Below are positions 49,979 to 61,464 of a stretch of 64,000 nucleotides of DNA, piece after piece. Position 1 is the first letter of the stretch. Each line of letters begins with the position of its first letter. Origin of the DNA: Amphiscolops sp. MND2022 (taxonomy: Eukaryota). Location of the stretch: the NCBI GenBank assembly GCA_964187785.1, contig OZ076409.1, positions 13,952,001 through 14,016,000 of the forward strand, in the 5' to 3' direction. The notes beneath the pieces are model-generated. The model saw only the letters and a program-made list of their open reading frames with translations. It did not search any database and had not been told where the DNA came from. Position numbers and translations under genes: made by a program.

Positions 49979-50764
49979 TTAAAACGTGGGTAGGGTACCT
50001 GGGACGATTTCTTGATTTTCCGCTGACGTCGTTATTAATATACCGTCACAGGCGGCAGCCTGCGACACTGCGAGTGTTATGAAGAGGAATGCTCCGGCGT
50101 TGAGGCCGTTCTCATATGCTTCCCTTCTGATTCTCGTGATGTACTCAGGCTCTCCTCGCGGTTTGGACCTCGCAACATACCATTCTACCTTCTCTTTCTT
50201 TATTGCTTCTGAGGATCTGCCACACACCATACAGCCAGAATACAGTTTATTGCTCACGTTCTCGTACGGCCTTGTGTTCTGCACATGGAACGACGCGTGG
50301 AAATCACCCACGATAGGCTGCATCAGGGGGGTGTCCAAACTTGGCCCTCTCTCATGGTCAGGCGGTGACATAGGTGACTCTGGCACTGGTAATAGAGTCT
50401 TGCAAATCTCTATTCTTGACTTTCCCAATTTCTTTGGGGGAGCATAGCACATCTCTTGGTCAAAATACTTGTGATTCAGCTTTGGGGTCACCTCAATCTG
50501 CACCTGGCCTGAACTGGGTCCAGCTACTGGTTCTTCCTCTGTGGGTTCGTCTACTGTCATTATACGGCCCCCAATCAGCATAGGGCTAGAGGTGACTTCT
50601 CTCTCAACCCTTGCCACGAGCTGCTCCGTGTCAGGAGAGTAATTTGTCTCCCAGTCTGAAGATTCTTCCTCACTGCTGGAAATGTATATTACCGATCTTT
50701 CGGAGTCCTCTGAGTCGTATTCTTCCAGATCGAACAATTTCCTAGCTAAGTTGTATTTGCTCAT
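49979..50764 (-). CDS. Unknown 261-aa acidic protein with a CxxC motif, in the inferred LTR
   Basis: ATG-initiated intact ORF; acidic N-terminus and CMVCGR motif. Confidence 0.6.
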   Translation of the reverse strand: MSKYNLARKLFDLEEYDSEDSERSVIYISSSEEESSDWETNYSPDTEQLVARVEREVTSSPMLIGGRIMTVDEPTEEEPVAGPSSGQVQIEVTPKLNHKYFDQEMCYAPPKKLGKSRIEICKTLLPVPESPMSPPDHERGPSLDTPLMQPIVGDFHASFHVQNTRPYENVSNKLYSGCMVCGRSSEAIKKEKVEWYVARSKPRGEPEYITRIRREAYENGLNAGAFLFITLAVSQAAACDGILITTSAENQEIVPGTLPTF

Positions 50765-51098
50765 GATAACCTTTTTTGCTATTTTTGAAGCTGTTCGAAG
50801 TAACTGGGTTGAAGTGAAGTTTGTAGTAGAATGAATTTATCAGTTTTAAGAATTTAGCCGAATCAAGCCTTTTCCCGAACTTTCCAATCCGGCGGGAGAA
50901 CCTTAGGTTAATTGTCCCAATCCGTCGTAAACTTTTCTGAATGGAATTCTTACACTGGTTGGCAGCCGCTGTTAATTGATGTTTACCCCCATCTAAGTTG
51001 TCATCAAAGAGGGTGTAAACCGCACTCGAGTTGTTGATATCAAATATTTCTTTCTCGAGCAGGTAATTAACGGCTTGCCTGAGAGCAATTAACGGCAC
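50742..51098 (-). CDS. Unknown basic ORF overlapping the 261-aa ORF
   Basis: 118-aa ORF with a non-ATG start in the track; possibly a spliced exon or a fragment. Confidence 0.35.
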   Translation of the reverse strand: MPLIALRQAVNYLLEKEIFDINNSSAVYTLFDDNLDGGKHQLTAAANQCKNSIQKSLRRIGTINLRFSRRIGKFGKRLDSAKFLKLINSFYYKLHFNPVTSNSFKNSKKGYHEQIQLS

Positions 51099-51655
51099 GC
51101 GACTCGAAATACTTCCAAAATGGCTTCAGCCAATCAGAATTAGGCTTTGATAATTTGCAAAATTGAATAATAAAAATGGCAAAAATAATAAATTCAAATA
51201 GTCCACGATGGCGAAAATTCTAGCTAAAGGGTAACTAAGGCAACTGAACGAAACGGCAAAACAAAACAGGGCAAACGGCCATAACCGGCCTCTAACTAAA
51301 TAAGTTGTAAATAACAAAGTTCTTTGTACATTTCGCTGGCAGACTCCATGTACAGAATAAATATGTAAATAATCGAATAATGTTAGTCTGGTAATTTCTT
51401 CAGCCACGAACTCCAATTTCTAATTCATTACATTTGTATTCCAATCCAATTCCAATATCAATTATCTCGCTTTTGCCTTGTTCATTCACACTCTCCCGGC
51501 TGACATCTATTTATTCACATTCATAATACCCTCATTGCCGTCTCCCTCCAGGGTATCCTTATCCTCCTTCATTTTCGACCGTGAGCGGCCATCATCCACA
51601 ACTCCAATCAGTCAGCTCAAAACAACTCTCTTTGGAGCAACAACACTGGAGAGAC

Positions 51656-54600
51656 ATGTCTTCAAACACAGGTTGGTCTGGTTTTCATATATTGAACTAG
51701 TTTAGCTTGATCAGGGCTAAATTTGTTCACAATAAGCTTCCTGTTTCCACTAACAAGCGCGTGACAGCACATTTTGTTCAAATTTTCAAGTACTTCCGGA
51801 AGGTTTCTTATGCGGTAGAATGGATTCTTTTCGAGGAAGCATACCGCCAAACGTTATCTCTTTTTGTTTAGAGAATCAATTAACTGAAGTTGTCAATGCA
51901 CCAGCCAAACCTGCTGCCACTACTTCAGCAGCTAGTCCACCAACCGAAACTGGACAACAAGTCCAGAATCCAAGTGTGCCCCAAGAGTTGTCTCGAAGCC
52001 GGGCAGATGACATCACCTCTACTCACAGCGCCTACAGTGACCCAGATGTAACATCATATGCTGAGTCCATGCTCCAACGAATGCAGCAGACACAACTTAT
52101 CGCTACACACGAAGAGAACCATCCTACGTCTGTCCCGCTGCAGAGCCAAGAACAGGTCAATGACCCTTCAGGATTGGTATTAACGACTGCCGAGAACCGA
52201 AGGTCGAGTACACCCATCCAGTCTGATGAGGAGGAGGTCCAAGAAGCTGACTTGTCAGCTTTGGAGTTTGCCCTGAGGGTCATCGAGGCCTCTGAGTCCC
52301 AATTGCCTGAATTGAGAAACGAGACTGCTTCAGACCAAGTGGACGCAAGTGGTGTCCAATCCAGTACTGACGAAGATTATGCCTCGTCAATTTGTGATGT
52401 ACCCGCTCTCCCGGGAGGTGACCCCAAAGTACGGTTCGCTGAGGGGTTGGATGAAGCAGAAGAGTCTACTGGAGAGTCAAGTCGACTGGTCCCGGTAGAG
52501 TTGTACGGACGTCCCCTTTTCGGTCTTGAGTCCGTAACTGAATGTGAGGGGGATACCAGTTCCGAAGGGCAGCCTTTGGAGACAGGGAAAACATGGACGG
52601 CTTGCGGGAGTTCAAACCAAGACAAACTCCCAGATCTCTCAGGTCGCAGTAGAGCCATCCTGAAAGAGTACTTCGAGGAGGCTTCCCCTATTAGACTTCC
52701 CGTTGGGCATACTACCGTAGCCTTCACAGAGCCCCAGGTTTATCACCTCCTGCGTACCCTCACGGATAAGACCCTCCGCAAATCCTTCAGTACTATGGAA
52801 AGAATGGTACTTGATGCTGTCCGAGGTACCCCGACCGCTCTCCCTTCACGTACCTTTCACTTCCAACTAAAGAGGAGAGCACAGACCCCCGGACCTGGGT
52901 GCCAAAGTGATTCTGAAACGGAGAGTGACCCACAAGGAACAGCCTCAGATCAGCTTGGGTCGAGCAGTGACGGCACTGGTGATGCTTCCTTCTATGAAGA
53001 GACTGATAGTGCCACTGAGATGGACTTGATAACGAAGTCCTTCAAGCAGACCCCTCCGCAACCTCTAGTCAGAGAGGTTCAAACGGACACGCCAGGTAAC
53101 CAGCAGCAAACAGGACTTGAAGTAGAAGGACCCAGCAGTCAGGATACTACCTTACATGAGATGCGTGAGCAGGCTCAGAGGGACCTAGGAGAGGGACATT
53201 CCAAGTTGAAGAAGAAAAAGGGCAACAAAAAACTTTCCAGGAGAGGAGTGCCCATGAGGGAAGAATTCTTCTGTAAAATAGGGTGGACGAGGTCGTTCAT
53301 TTCCTGGCCGGCAGATCCTCTGCATAATCCACATATGGTCTGGTGCCATATTTGCAAGAAGAACTTTTCTATAAAATCAAAGGGGCCCTACGAGATCTTG
53401 AGACATCATCGGACAGACCGCCATTTGAGACGTGATCAAAGGTGGCGTTACGAACACTTGCGTAGTGTCGACCCCGTTAGTGGCAAAGTGCAACATCGAG
53501 TCAGAGGTGCCAACGGCAAAATCTTGACAAAAATCGAACTGGCCAATCAACTACCCAAATTCATCAATGCTGAATTAGTGGACATCGGGGAGAGATTCCC
53601 CTTTTACGAGGATTTCATTCGAGGGACTACTACAGCCTTGGTCACACAGGAAGCAAGGGTCAAGACCCAACTTTGCCTGGTGGGGGATTTCATAAAGACC
53701 CTGGGTGACTTGTCTGTCCTGAGGAACCTGTGGGCTAGAATGGGAGCTTTCACCAACCACCAAGCTACTGTATGTGATTTTGACTGGGGCGAAGAACGTA
53801 TAAGTGTAAGTATATTTTCGGTGACCTGTCCACTAAGCCGTGTATTTCCTTCCTAGGAGTTTTGTTTCTCTTACAGGCAATCTTTCAACATTTCTTCATG
53901 AATGCCCTGAGCGACGTCGCTGAGCACGTCGCCGCCGAACAATGCTTCGCCATTGAATTCGAGGCTGCTGGAATTTACCGCTATATGACAGTCAAATTTT
54001 GAAAGGGTCACGAGCTTTGCCGGGTCTTCATTTGCAGAAGTTCTCTTCCTGCAACTGACATAACAGGTGAACTAGGCTCCCTGGCTCGATTCTTGTCGGC
54101 GGTTTCAACCCAACTAGACGTAGTGGCATGCTCCGGATGTCACGTTGACTTTGCCAAGACGATCGATCAGTCAGATTACTTCCCGCAAGGGGTTCAAAGT
54201 TGTTTCCGCTTTGAGCAGTTATCATTACCCACCTTGATGCACAAGTCCAAATATTCTGTCTTTGGTCAAATAGACTTCTTCTCCGTGCTCCAGGCCCTGA
54301 TGGTGTCCCTAGGTGGTTCACTTACTGAAGAATGCGCATAGCGGAGTCCAGAGCTCACTAAAATAAGTACTTCATTTTGCCTTTCCTTTGGTGGTCGGGG
54401 GTCGGTTAACTTAGGTACGGTAGGGAACAATTCCCAATAGCAAGATTGGTTTTAACAGGCGGTGACCAATTGCAAGCTTGACATCCAGACGCTCCCGGTC
54501 CTCTGTACGGAATTGGCCAAGGAGTGGAAATCCATACTTCGCTATTTGACAGAGCATGCCCCTATACAAGGAGGTCAAGGAGTCCGCAGCAGGGTTAGGT

Positions 54601-56025
54601 TTGATTTCATTCCTTTCTATGGTATAACCAAATAGTCCCACAGAGAGGTTCTTGGCTTCCCCTTGTTTACCGGGCGTTTGGCGAAAGCTGACGTATGTAT
54701 CTTGTTTAAGGTACAGAGCTTCGAGTGGTCCCTGATCTGTGACGAATTTTTCGTCGTCAAGTTGGAGTTCTTCAACAGGCTCGTGAGCGACTGTAAGTAG
54801 TCTACCTTTAGGGTAGTTGTTTTGGGATCTACTCTACTTTAGGCTTTGATTTGTGTTTCCAGACGTGGCTAGCTTCCCGGTGAATCTTCAGCACAGACGT
54901 GATTCCTCTTTCTATTTATGTGGGGAAGTCTGCCAATTCCTAAGCCTACTTTGTTCTCGTGCCTACACACCCAACACGGTCCCTCTTGCGAAAGCCTGGT
55001 TCCTGTTGTTACGATTCCAGACCAATGAGGCTACCTTCCTGGATGGGGAAGAGTATTTGGTTCGTCTGAGGCTCTCTCACAAGGTGTCAGCAGCCAGCAA
55101 AGCAAAAGCAGAAGGGATGCATTTTGGCAAAAAATCGGAGCGCCCAGCGATCCTGGCAACTACAGAGACTGTAAAGTCCGATTTCGTTAAGGATAGTCAG
55201 CAATATATCCAGTATCTGGTCAATGAGGTTCTTCGGCAGACTGGGCTAACTACCAACATCGTGAAGGGAATGGCCGCCTTCGACCCTTTTATTTTGTTTA
55301 AGCGGCCTATGGATGTAGCTCTGCGGCACTTCGACATCCTGTACAGTACTTTCTCCCTTCGCTCTTGGGTATCTAATGCCAACGAGTCCTTGTGTCGGGA
55401 TCAGTATATGCAGCTACTTGACCACCTGCGTACAGCCTATGACCCAAGTTTCGACATATCTAGTGTCTCTGCTGATCTAATTGAATTCCTGTCCGAGCTG
55501 GAATTTCTTCGTAATCGTAGCTACTTATTCTATTTGTTCAAATTGTGTTGCTTGTGTGCTACGTCTGTTAGTCCCACGTATCCTGATGTCACTTTCGGGA
55601 CAATTTCCACTGCTGGACGTCATAGCAGATTGACAGACGTCATTCTTCCCAGCCAAAGTTATGTAGCTAACGTGCGTGACGCAGTTGCTTCCTGTAGTGA
55701 TGACGGGAATCTGGCCAAGTTCATCGACTTCTCTTCTTCTTTCGGGCGCTCTGCATTTGCTCCCGATTATGATCCCTGGACGTACGTGGACAATTTCGGG
55801 CGTTCGAAGATTTATAAGTTGTTGTTGGCTTCCTACCGGACAGCTCTTTCGACCCCTCAAAAATCTCTGGTCCGGAGAGCGCCAGAAGATCAATGTTCCG
55901 TAGCTGATATGTCTGCTGTGAAAGCCCCTACTAGCACTAAGCGAAAGAAAATGGAACGTCGCGCTTCTCGCGCCTCCTCGTCATCCACTGCTGGAGCCAG
56001 TGAGCCTGGTTCGTCTAAAGACTAA
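51656..56025 (+). pseudogene. Antisense spliced gene: BED-finger, hAT-transposase-like protein (predicted exons 51656-51671, 51872-53805, 53877-54362, 54459-54593, 54711-54792, 54863-56025)
   Basis: Phase-compatible GT-AG introns join the 678-aa, 82-aa and 390-aa ORFs; WCHICKKNF...LRHHRTDRH finger. This copy has stops at 54000 and 54339 and an ATAAGT (mutated) donor at 54363. Confidence 0.72.
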
Positions 56026-56268
56026 CTGTACATATGTATGTATGTACATTGGACTGTAAACTTTGTTGATCTTTTGTTATTCTATTCATTTATTCTTTTG
56101 TTGTTTGTATCTTTGATTCCCTGATCCCATATTTGTCTTCTTTGTAAGGGATCACCTTTAAGTCCCATTATTTATTCAAAAAATACTGACTCTCATGGGA
56201 CTAAAAAAAGATAAAAGAAAAGGAAAATCCAATTCAGGGCTCATCTCCTGAACTGAATTCAGTCTTTC

Positions 56269-59200
56269 TTAGTATCTGAAGTCGTCTGAGTAGTTTGGGT
56301 TAGGGTTAGGTCTGAGATTATATTTCCCTCCTCTGGGGCTCAGACTTTCATTTCTAGCATCGTTTTCAGATACTTCGGGCACGATAATATCATCCCCCTT
56401 GTTTGGAGAATCTTGTGTATCGTTTTCATTCGTCAAGTTTCTTTCTGAAAAATTTTCATTGTTTTCCGGTCTATCTGCCGTATTTGGCAATGATTTTTCT
56501 TGGTTTTTTGGGGAAACGGCCGGATTCGGCCAATCAGATTCTTCATTTTTGGTGACTGCAGTAGATTCATTTCTTTCAGTGACGTCATCATTTAAGTGGT
56601 CATTCCGGCTGTGCGCTGCGTTGTCGTTGTTCGTTACTTCTCGCGTGATTATGTAATCTGCTTCATTCTCGGCTACGTCATTTGTATTCGTTTCTGCTGC
56701 ATTCGGCCGTTCGCCATTCGGCATGCTGGTCGGAATAGTCTCGTTGCCTCGTGTAACTAGCTGCTCGCCAAAGTCGGTTTCCCACGTTATGACGTATAAA
56801 TCATCTTGCGGAATGACAAGTTTTTCGTCTGGCTGCAACTGTTGTTCTCGGAAATTATCCTCAAGCGGTTGATTGGGGACAAACTTCTTAAGGCGAATCC
56901 GATGCAGAATTTGAGTTTTGTTCGTGTTGATCCGTCGTACTATATAGTTTTCATTTGGCAAAACTTTTTGGACTACAAATGGTCCAACCCAACGAAAATC
57001 GCGGAATGGAATTTTTGATCCTTGATTATCCGCTTTCGGCTGTAAGACAAAACAGTATTCGTTCTCCTTTAGTGGAGCGGCTTTTGCTTTACGGTCATAA
57101 TATTCTTTGTACTTGATATACGACTGCATAATCTTCTGCTTGGTTTTGTCAATCGGGATTTTTGTCCGGTTTTGGATTTTTTCAGCAAATTTGGTTGTGG
57201 GGTTGATCTGCTCGTTTGGATTATTTCCAAGCTTGTGATCCAAGATATTAAATGGAATTCTTCCGTGAAATACTCTTCGGCTCACAACCGATGCTGGCGT
57301 GATAACTAGTATTATGATTCAGTACTGCTAATGGCAAGTATTTGTGCCATTGTCGGCGATATTCCCCACATGCCATTTTGAGATTTGTTTTCAATGAGGC
57401 ATGAGTTCGCTCCAATTTCCCAATTGTCTGCGGGTGTTTTGTCGTTGCATATTTGAGTGTGATGCCCAAAATCTGCGTAACCTCCGCAATAATTGTAGAA
57501 TAAATGCAGTACCTTTATCAGTGATAAGAGTCGTTGGTAGATATGAGTGTTTAGTCATGATGTCAATGAGCGCTTTTGCTACATTGATTGCTGATGCGTC
57601 CGTAAGGGGATAGGCGAACAGATATCTGGAAAATACATCAATTGCTGTTAAGATGTTTTCATACCCACCACTTGGGGGAAGATTCGACAATAGGTCAATT
57701 TGCATGGCGTCTTCAGGTCCAAGGTCCCATTCGGGTAAGTTGAGTAGTTCAGGTGTAATTGTTGCGTTGGGGCCTTTTTTGTCTCTGGCACATTGTTCGC
57801 ACCCTTCTACCCACTTTTTGACGTGCTTAGCCATGCTAGGGTAGTAATACCTCTGTCGAATTTCCTGCAGCATTTGTGAAATCCCAGGATGTTTCTGCGC
57901 TGTCCCGTGGAGAGATTGGAGCAATTCCTGGAGTAAATGTTGCGGGAGCAAAATTTGATGGTATTTAACATTCCCTGTTTCATCAAAATATTGCCTTGCC
58001 AGGATTTCGTCCTTTAGTACAATTCGTTCCAGATTGTTTACGTAATGTCTATATCGGGCATCCTGGTGCAGTAGATTTTCTGAATACTCTTCATGAAGCA
58101 GTTTTGCTTTGAATTGTTGTAGTACTGCATCTTTGGATTGCTCGATAATGATTTGGTTGTTTTCCTCAGTCGGTCTTGTATATCGGGGTGTTGCTTGACC
58201 AGATTTGTTGACAGAGTTTGTATAGTAACAGTGGGCTCATCAGATGCTGGATTTTTCCTGATTGCTTCTTTTCTTGCCCAATACTGTTCTTCTGTCTCAT
58301 CGTCGTCATTGGTGTAGAAGATTTGTTCTTCTTGTGACACCCCTGCGGATTGGACGTTGGTAGTGTTTGTACATCTTCACGAATTTTCATCACCAATTTG
58401 TCCTTCGGATCTGCTTCCCATCGGGACAAATAGTCGGCAGCTATATTTTGTGCCCCTGGGATGTGTGCTACGACAAAATTGAACTGGATGACACAATCAC
58501 ACGCGTTCCACAGGGCTGGGGGTATTATTTTTGTTTGAAAAAATCTCGTGACAGCTTTGTTGTCCGTAAGGATGATGACCGGTTTCGGCGCACCCCAGAA
58601 GTTATGTCCGAATTCTTTGAATGCAAAATAAATTGCAAGGAATTCCTTGGCATAAATTGACATCTTGTTTTGTGCTGGGGTGAAAGTTTTTGATCCATAT
58701 GCGACCGGTGCATACGATTTTCTGAGTGATGTAAATTTTTGGCTTGGGTCGTCTTCACTTAGGACCGCGTACCCGGCTGCACCAAAACTTGCATCAGTCA
58801 TTAGTGCTATTTGCTTGTTCGGAATTGGTTGCTGTGGGCCAGGTCGCAACATTTGTCTAGTGCTCTATTGATTTTTTCGAATTGTTGGACTAATTCTTTC
58901 GATACTAGGACCTTTTCGTCACTTTTGAGCATCTTGTAGAATGGAGCAAGGCGTTCGGAGAGTCTTGGGACATAATTCCTGTAGTAGTTTAGGAATCCCA
59001 AATAGCGCTGTAAAGCCTTTTTCGACTTCGGGAATTTGGACTCTTCCAGAAAGTTTTGCACGTTTTGTTTCTGGGGTTTGACGCATTGTGGGGTAATAGT
59101 CCGTCCGAGAAAATCAATTTCTTTTGCACCGAAGTGACATTTGTGCATTGTTAACTTAAGGCCTGCTTCCTGAATGCATTTGAACGTAGCTCTCAGGTTC

Positions 59201-61464
59201 GTCATGAGGTGGTCAGCATCATTGGCTGCGATGCCGATATCGTCCACATACTGGGCACACTGGTCCGCTTTAATGACCTTGTCGAGGTATTCCCTCATGA
59301 AACTCGAGAATGCGGATAGTGACCGACTAAGGCCTTGTGACAAACGTCTGTAGGCGAACGTGCGACTGGCAAAATTGAAAGCCAACATTTCGATTGAACG
59401 TTGGTCGGCCATTGGTAGGCAGTGGTATGCCTGCGAACAGTCTAGTTTACAGAACAGTTTTTTGCCTGCCAAGTGTTGCGCAGCATCAACTAGTGTACTG
59501 ACGGGGTGATTATTGTTCCTATAATCATCCGAGATGAGGTTGTTGATTTTTCTCAAGTCAACCAAGAGTCGGAGTTTCCCATTCGGTTTCTTTTGTGCAA
59601 ATATTGGACTCGCATATTTCGAAAATGGCAGTGTAGTTATTATGCCATATTTGTGTAACATGGCTAATTCAACTAGGATGTCCTCCTTCAATTTGATAGG
59701 AGCTGGAAGGTTTTGACTATAGGCTGGGGAATCGTCCTTAGGTATCAGTTTCACCTTGAATTCCTCCTTCATGCCTTTATCAAATCGGTGTCGTGCAAGG
59801 ATGTCATAGAATTCCACTAACAATTCCTCAATTTTCTCCTTCTCTTCAGGAGTAAGGGTGGAATCTTTCCAGTCAAAGTTTTCTAAGAATTTTGCACGCG
59901 ATTCCTCATCTTTGGTGGGGTCAAGTGTCTCCAGGTCCTGTAAGGCCTGTAATTCTCGAAGGATTCGTTTTTGTATAGGTGTGTGTTCCTCAGGATTTCC
60001 AGGATTTTCTGGAGTCGGAAACCAATAATTTTCGGAATTTTGTGGATTTCTATTGGTCTTGATGAGACTGCTGACATAGTGGGCTGCCTGCTCCTGGTCA
60101 TTCTGCAAAAGGTGCCAGGTTGATGCCGGATCTACCGGTTTGACATACTTCAACTGTTCTGGCGTCATGACAGAGAAATTGGCAATATGAAGTCCTTTTT
60201 TGAGTTTATAAGGGTGGTCTTGGTCTGTGAAATTGTTCACTGGTATCAATATATTGCCATAAGTCAGAGTGACCAAAGCTGGGCAAAATGTGATGTCGCC
60301 TTCTTCATGTAGAAGGTCGCTCGGTTGCAAAATTCCAGTGACAGCATTCTCAGGGTAGAGTAGGGAATTGGTCCTAATTAGGACTTTATCATTTGGTGGA
60401 ATAGTTATCTCAATAGGGTTGAGAATTAGTTCTAACACATTTGAATACTTATGGTCAGCCGTTTTGAGCAGCATCGAAAAGAACGGGAAATTCAGTATCC
60501 CTTGTCGCATGTCCAGAACTGTATGGTTTCTTTGAAGGAACATTAGTCCAATGATCGGACCTGTCAGATGTTCCATCATTATAAAAATCTCGTGAAACTC
60601 GATGTCACCAACTTCAAATTTGAGCTCTATTGTACTCTTAGGAGTTTCCAATTGCCCATTAGCGACCATTATTTGGAAATTCGGAGGCGGACCTTCTCGG
60701 ATAACGGATTGTGGAGATAAAAGTCGAATTTTCCGGAGGTCCATTTCAGGAATTGCACTGGACAGCGCTCCAGTGTCAATGAGTCCGTCAATGGTCAATT
60801 CCCCAAAGTCCATCGGGAAATACAACATGCGTTTTTTGCATTTCAGGTTGATGTTGGTTGACAGGGGTATACAGTCTGGTTCACCGTCTCTAGTGATTAA
60901 GACATTTTGGAACTGTTTCTCGTCTAGCAATGATTGTGGTGTGGGTTCAACCTTGCTGTCATGGGTCTCGGTCCCCAAAGGGTTTGGGAACACTGGATGG
61001 TTTGTGCCATCATTCATTTGCCAGTTTTCAATTAATGCTCTGGTCTTCTAATTGTGGGTGATTGGAGGGTTCTCGTGGACTGTCCGATTGTAGTGTTCAA
61101 TATCATCTAGAACGTATTGAAATTGTAATAGCTCTTGATTATAGATCTCGGTGTCCCAATAAGGATCTCTGCCGTAGTCTTGATCGATATACGTTGGATT
61201 GTAGTTATCGACTAGGGGAATGGGCCTGAACCGGGTAGTGAAGGTGGTGGTATAGTCAGGGTCCCAAACAGGAATTGGTTTTTGGAATAAATGGGTGTTG
61301 TTATAGGTGATGGTGATAGCTTCGTCCATCTGTTGCTGCCAGACAACAGAGGGATAGCCCATCAATTGTTGTGTATACTGATGAAAGGTTTTTGTTGGAG
61401 GATCCGACCTGATGTATTGGCGGACGGATATCAGTTCGTTGTATTGGAGTCGTGGCGAAGTTAG
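56269..61464 (-). pseudogene. pol: Gypsy pol: protease, RT, RNase H and integrase, frameshifted
   Basis: IDTGA; LRLLVDLRKIN, KLDCSQAY, YVDD; TDAS, KEFLA, TDNKA, AADYLSR; HHCC (H..H..CEQC), IDVFSRY, TDKG, ERTH. Confidence 0.95.

Larger units (their letters stand above)
48313..51490 (-). repeat. 3' LTR of element 2 (at least 1413 bp shown; ~3178 bp inferred)
   Basis: The left end is fixed by the repeat junction. The right end is inferred from TGTTCATTCACA (near-inverted match to TGTCATGAACA) followed by PPT-like CTCTCCC. Confidence 0.65.

Noticed and set aside
51549..56123. Recent autonomous hAT insertion
   Set aside because: Only an 8/9 inverted match, no 8-bp TSD, and no recognisable catalytic motifs. 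An old capture remains possible.
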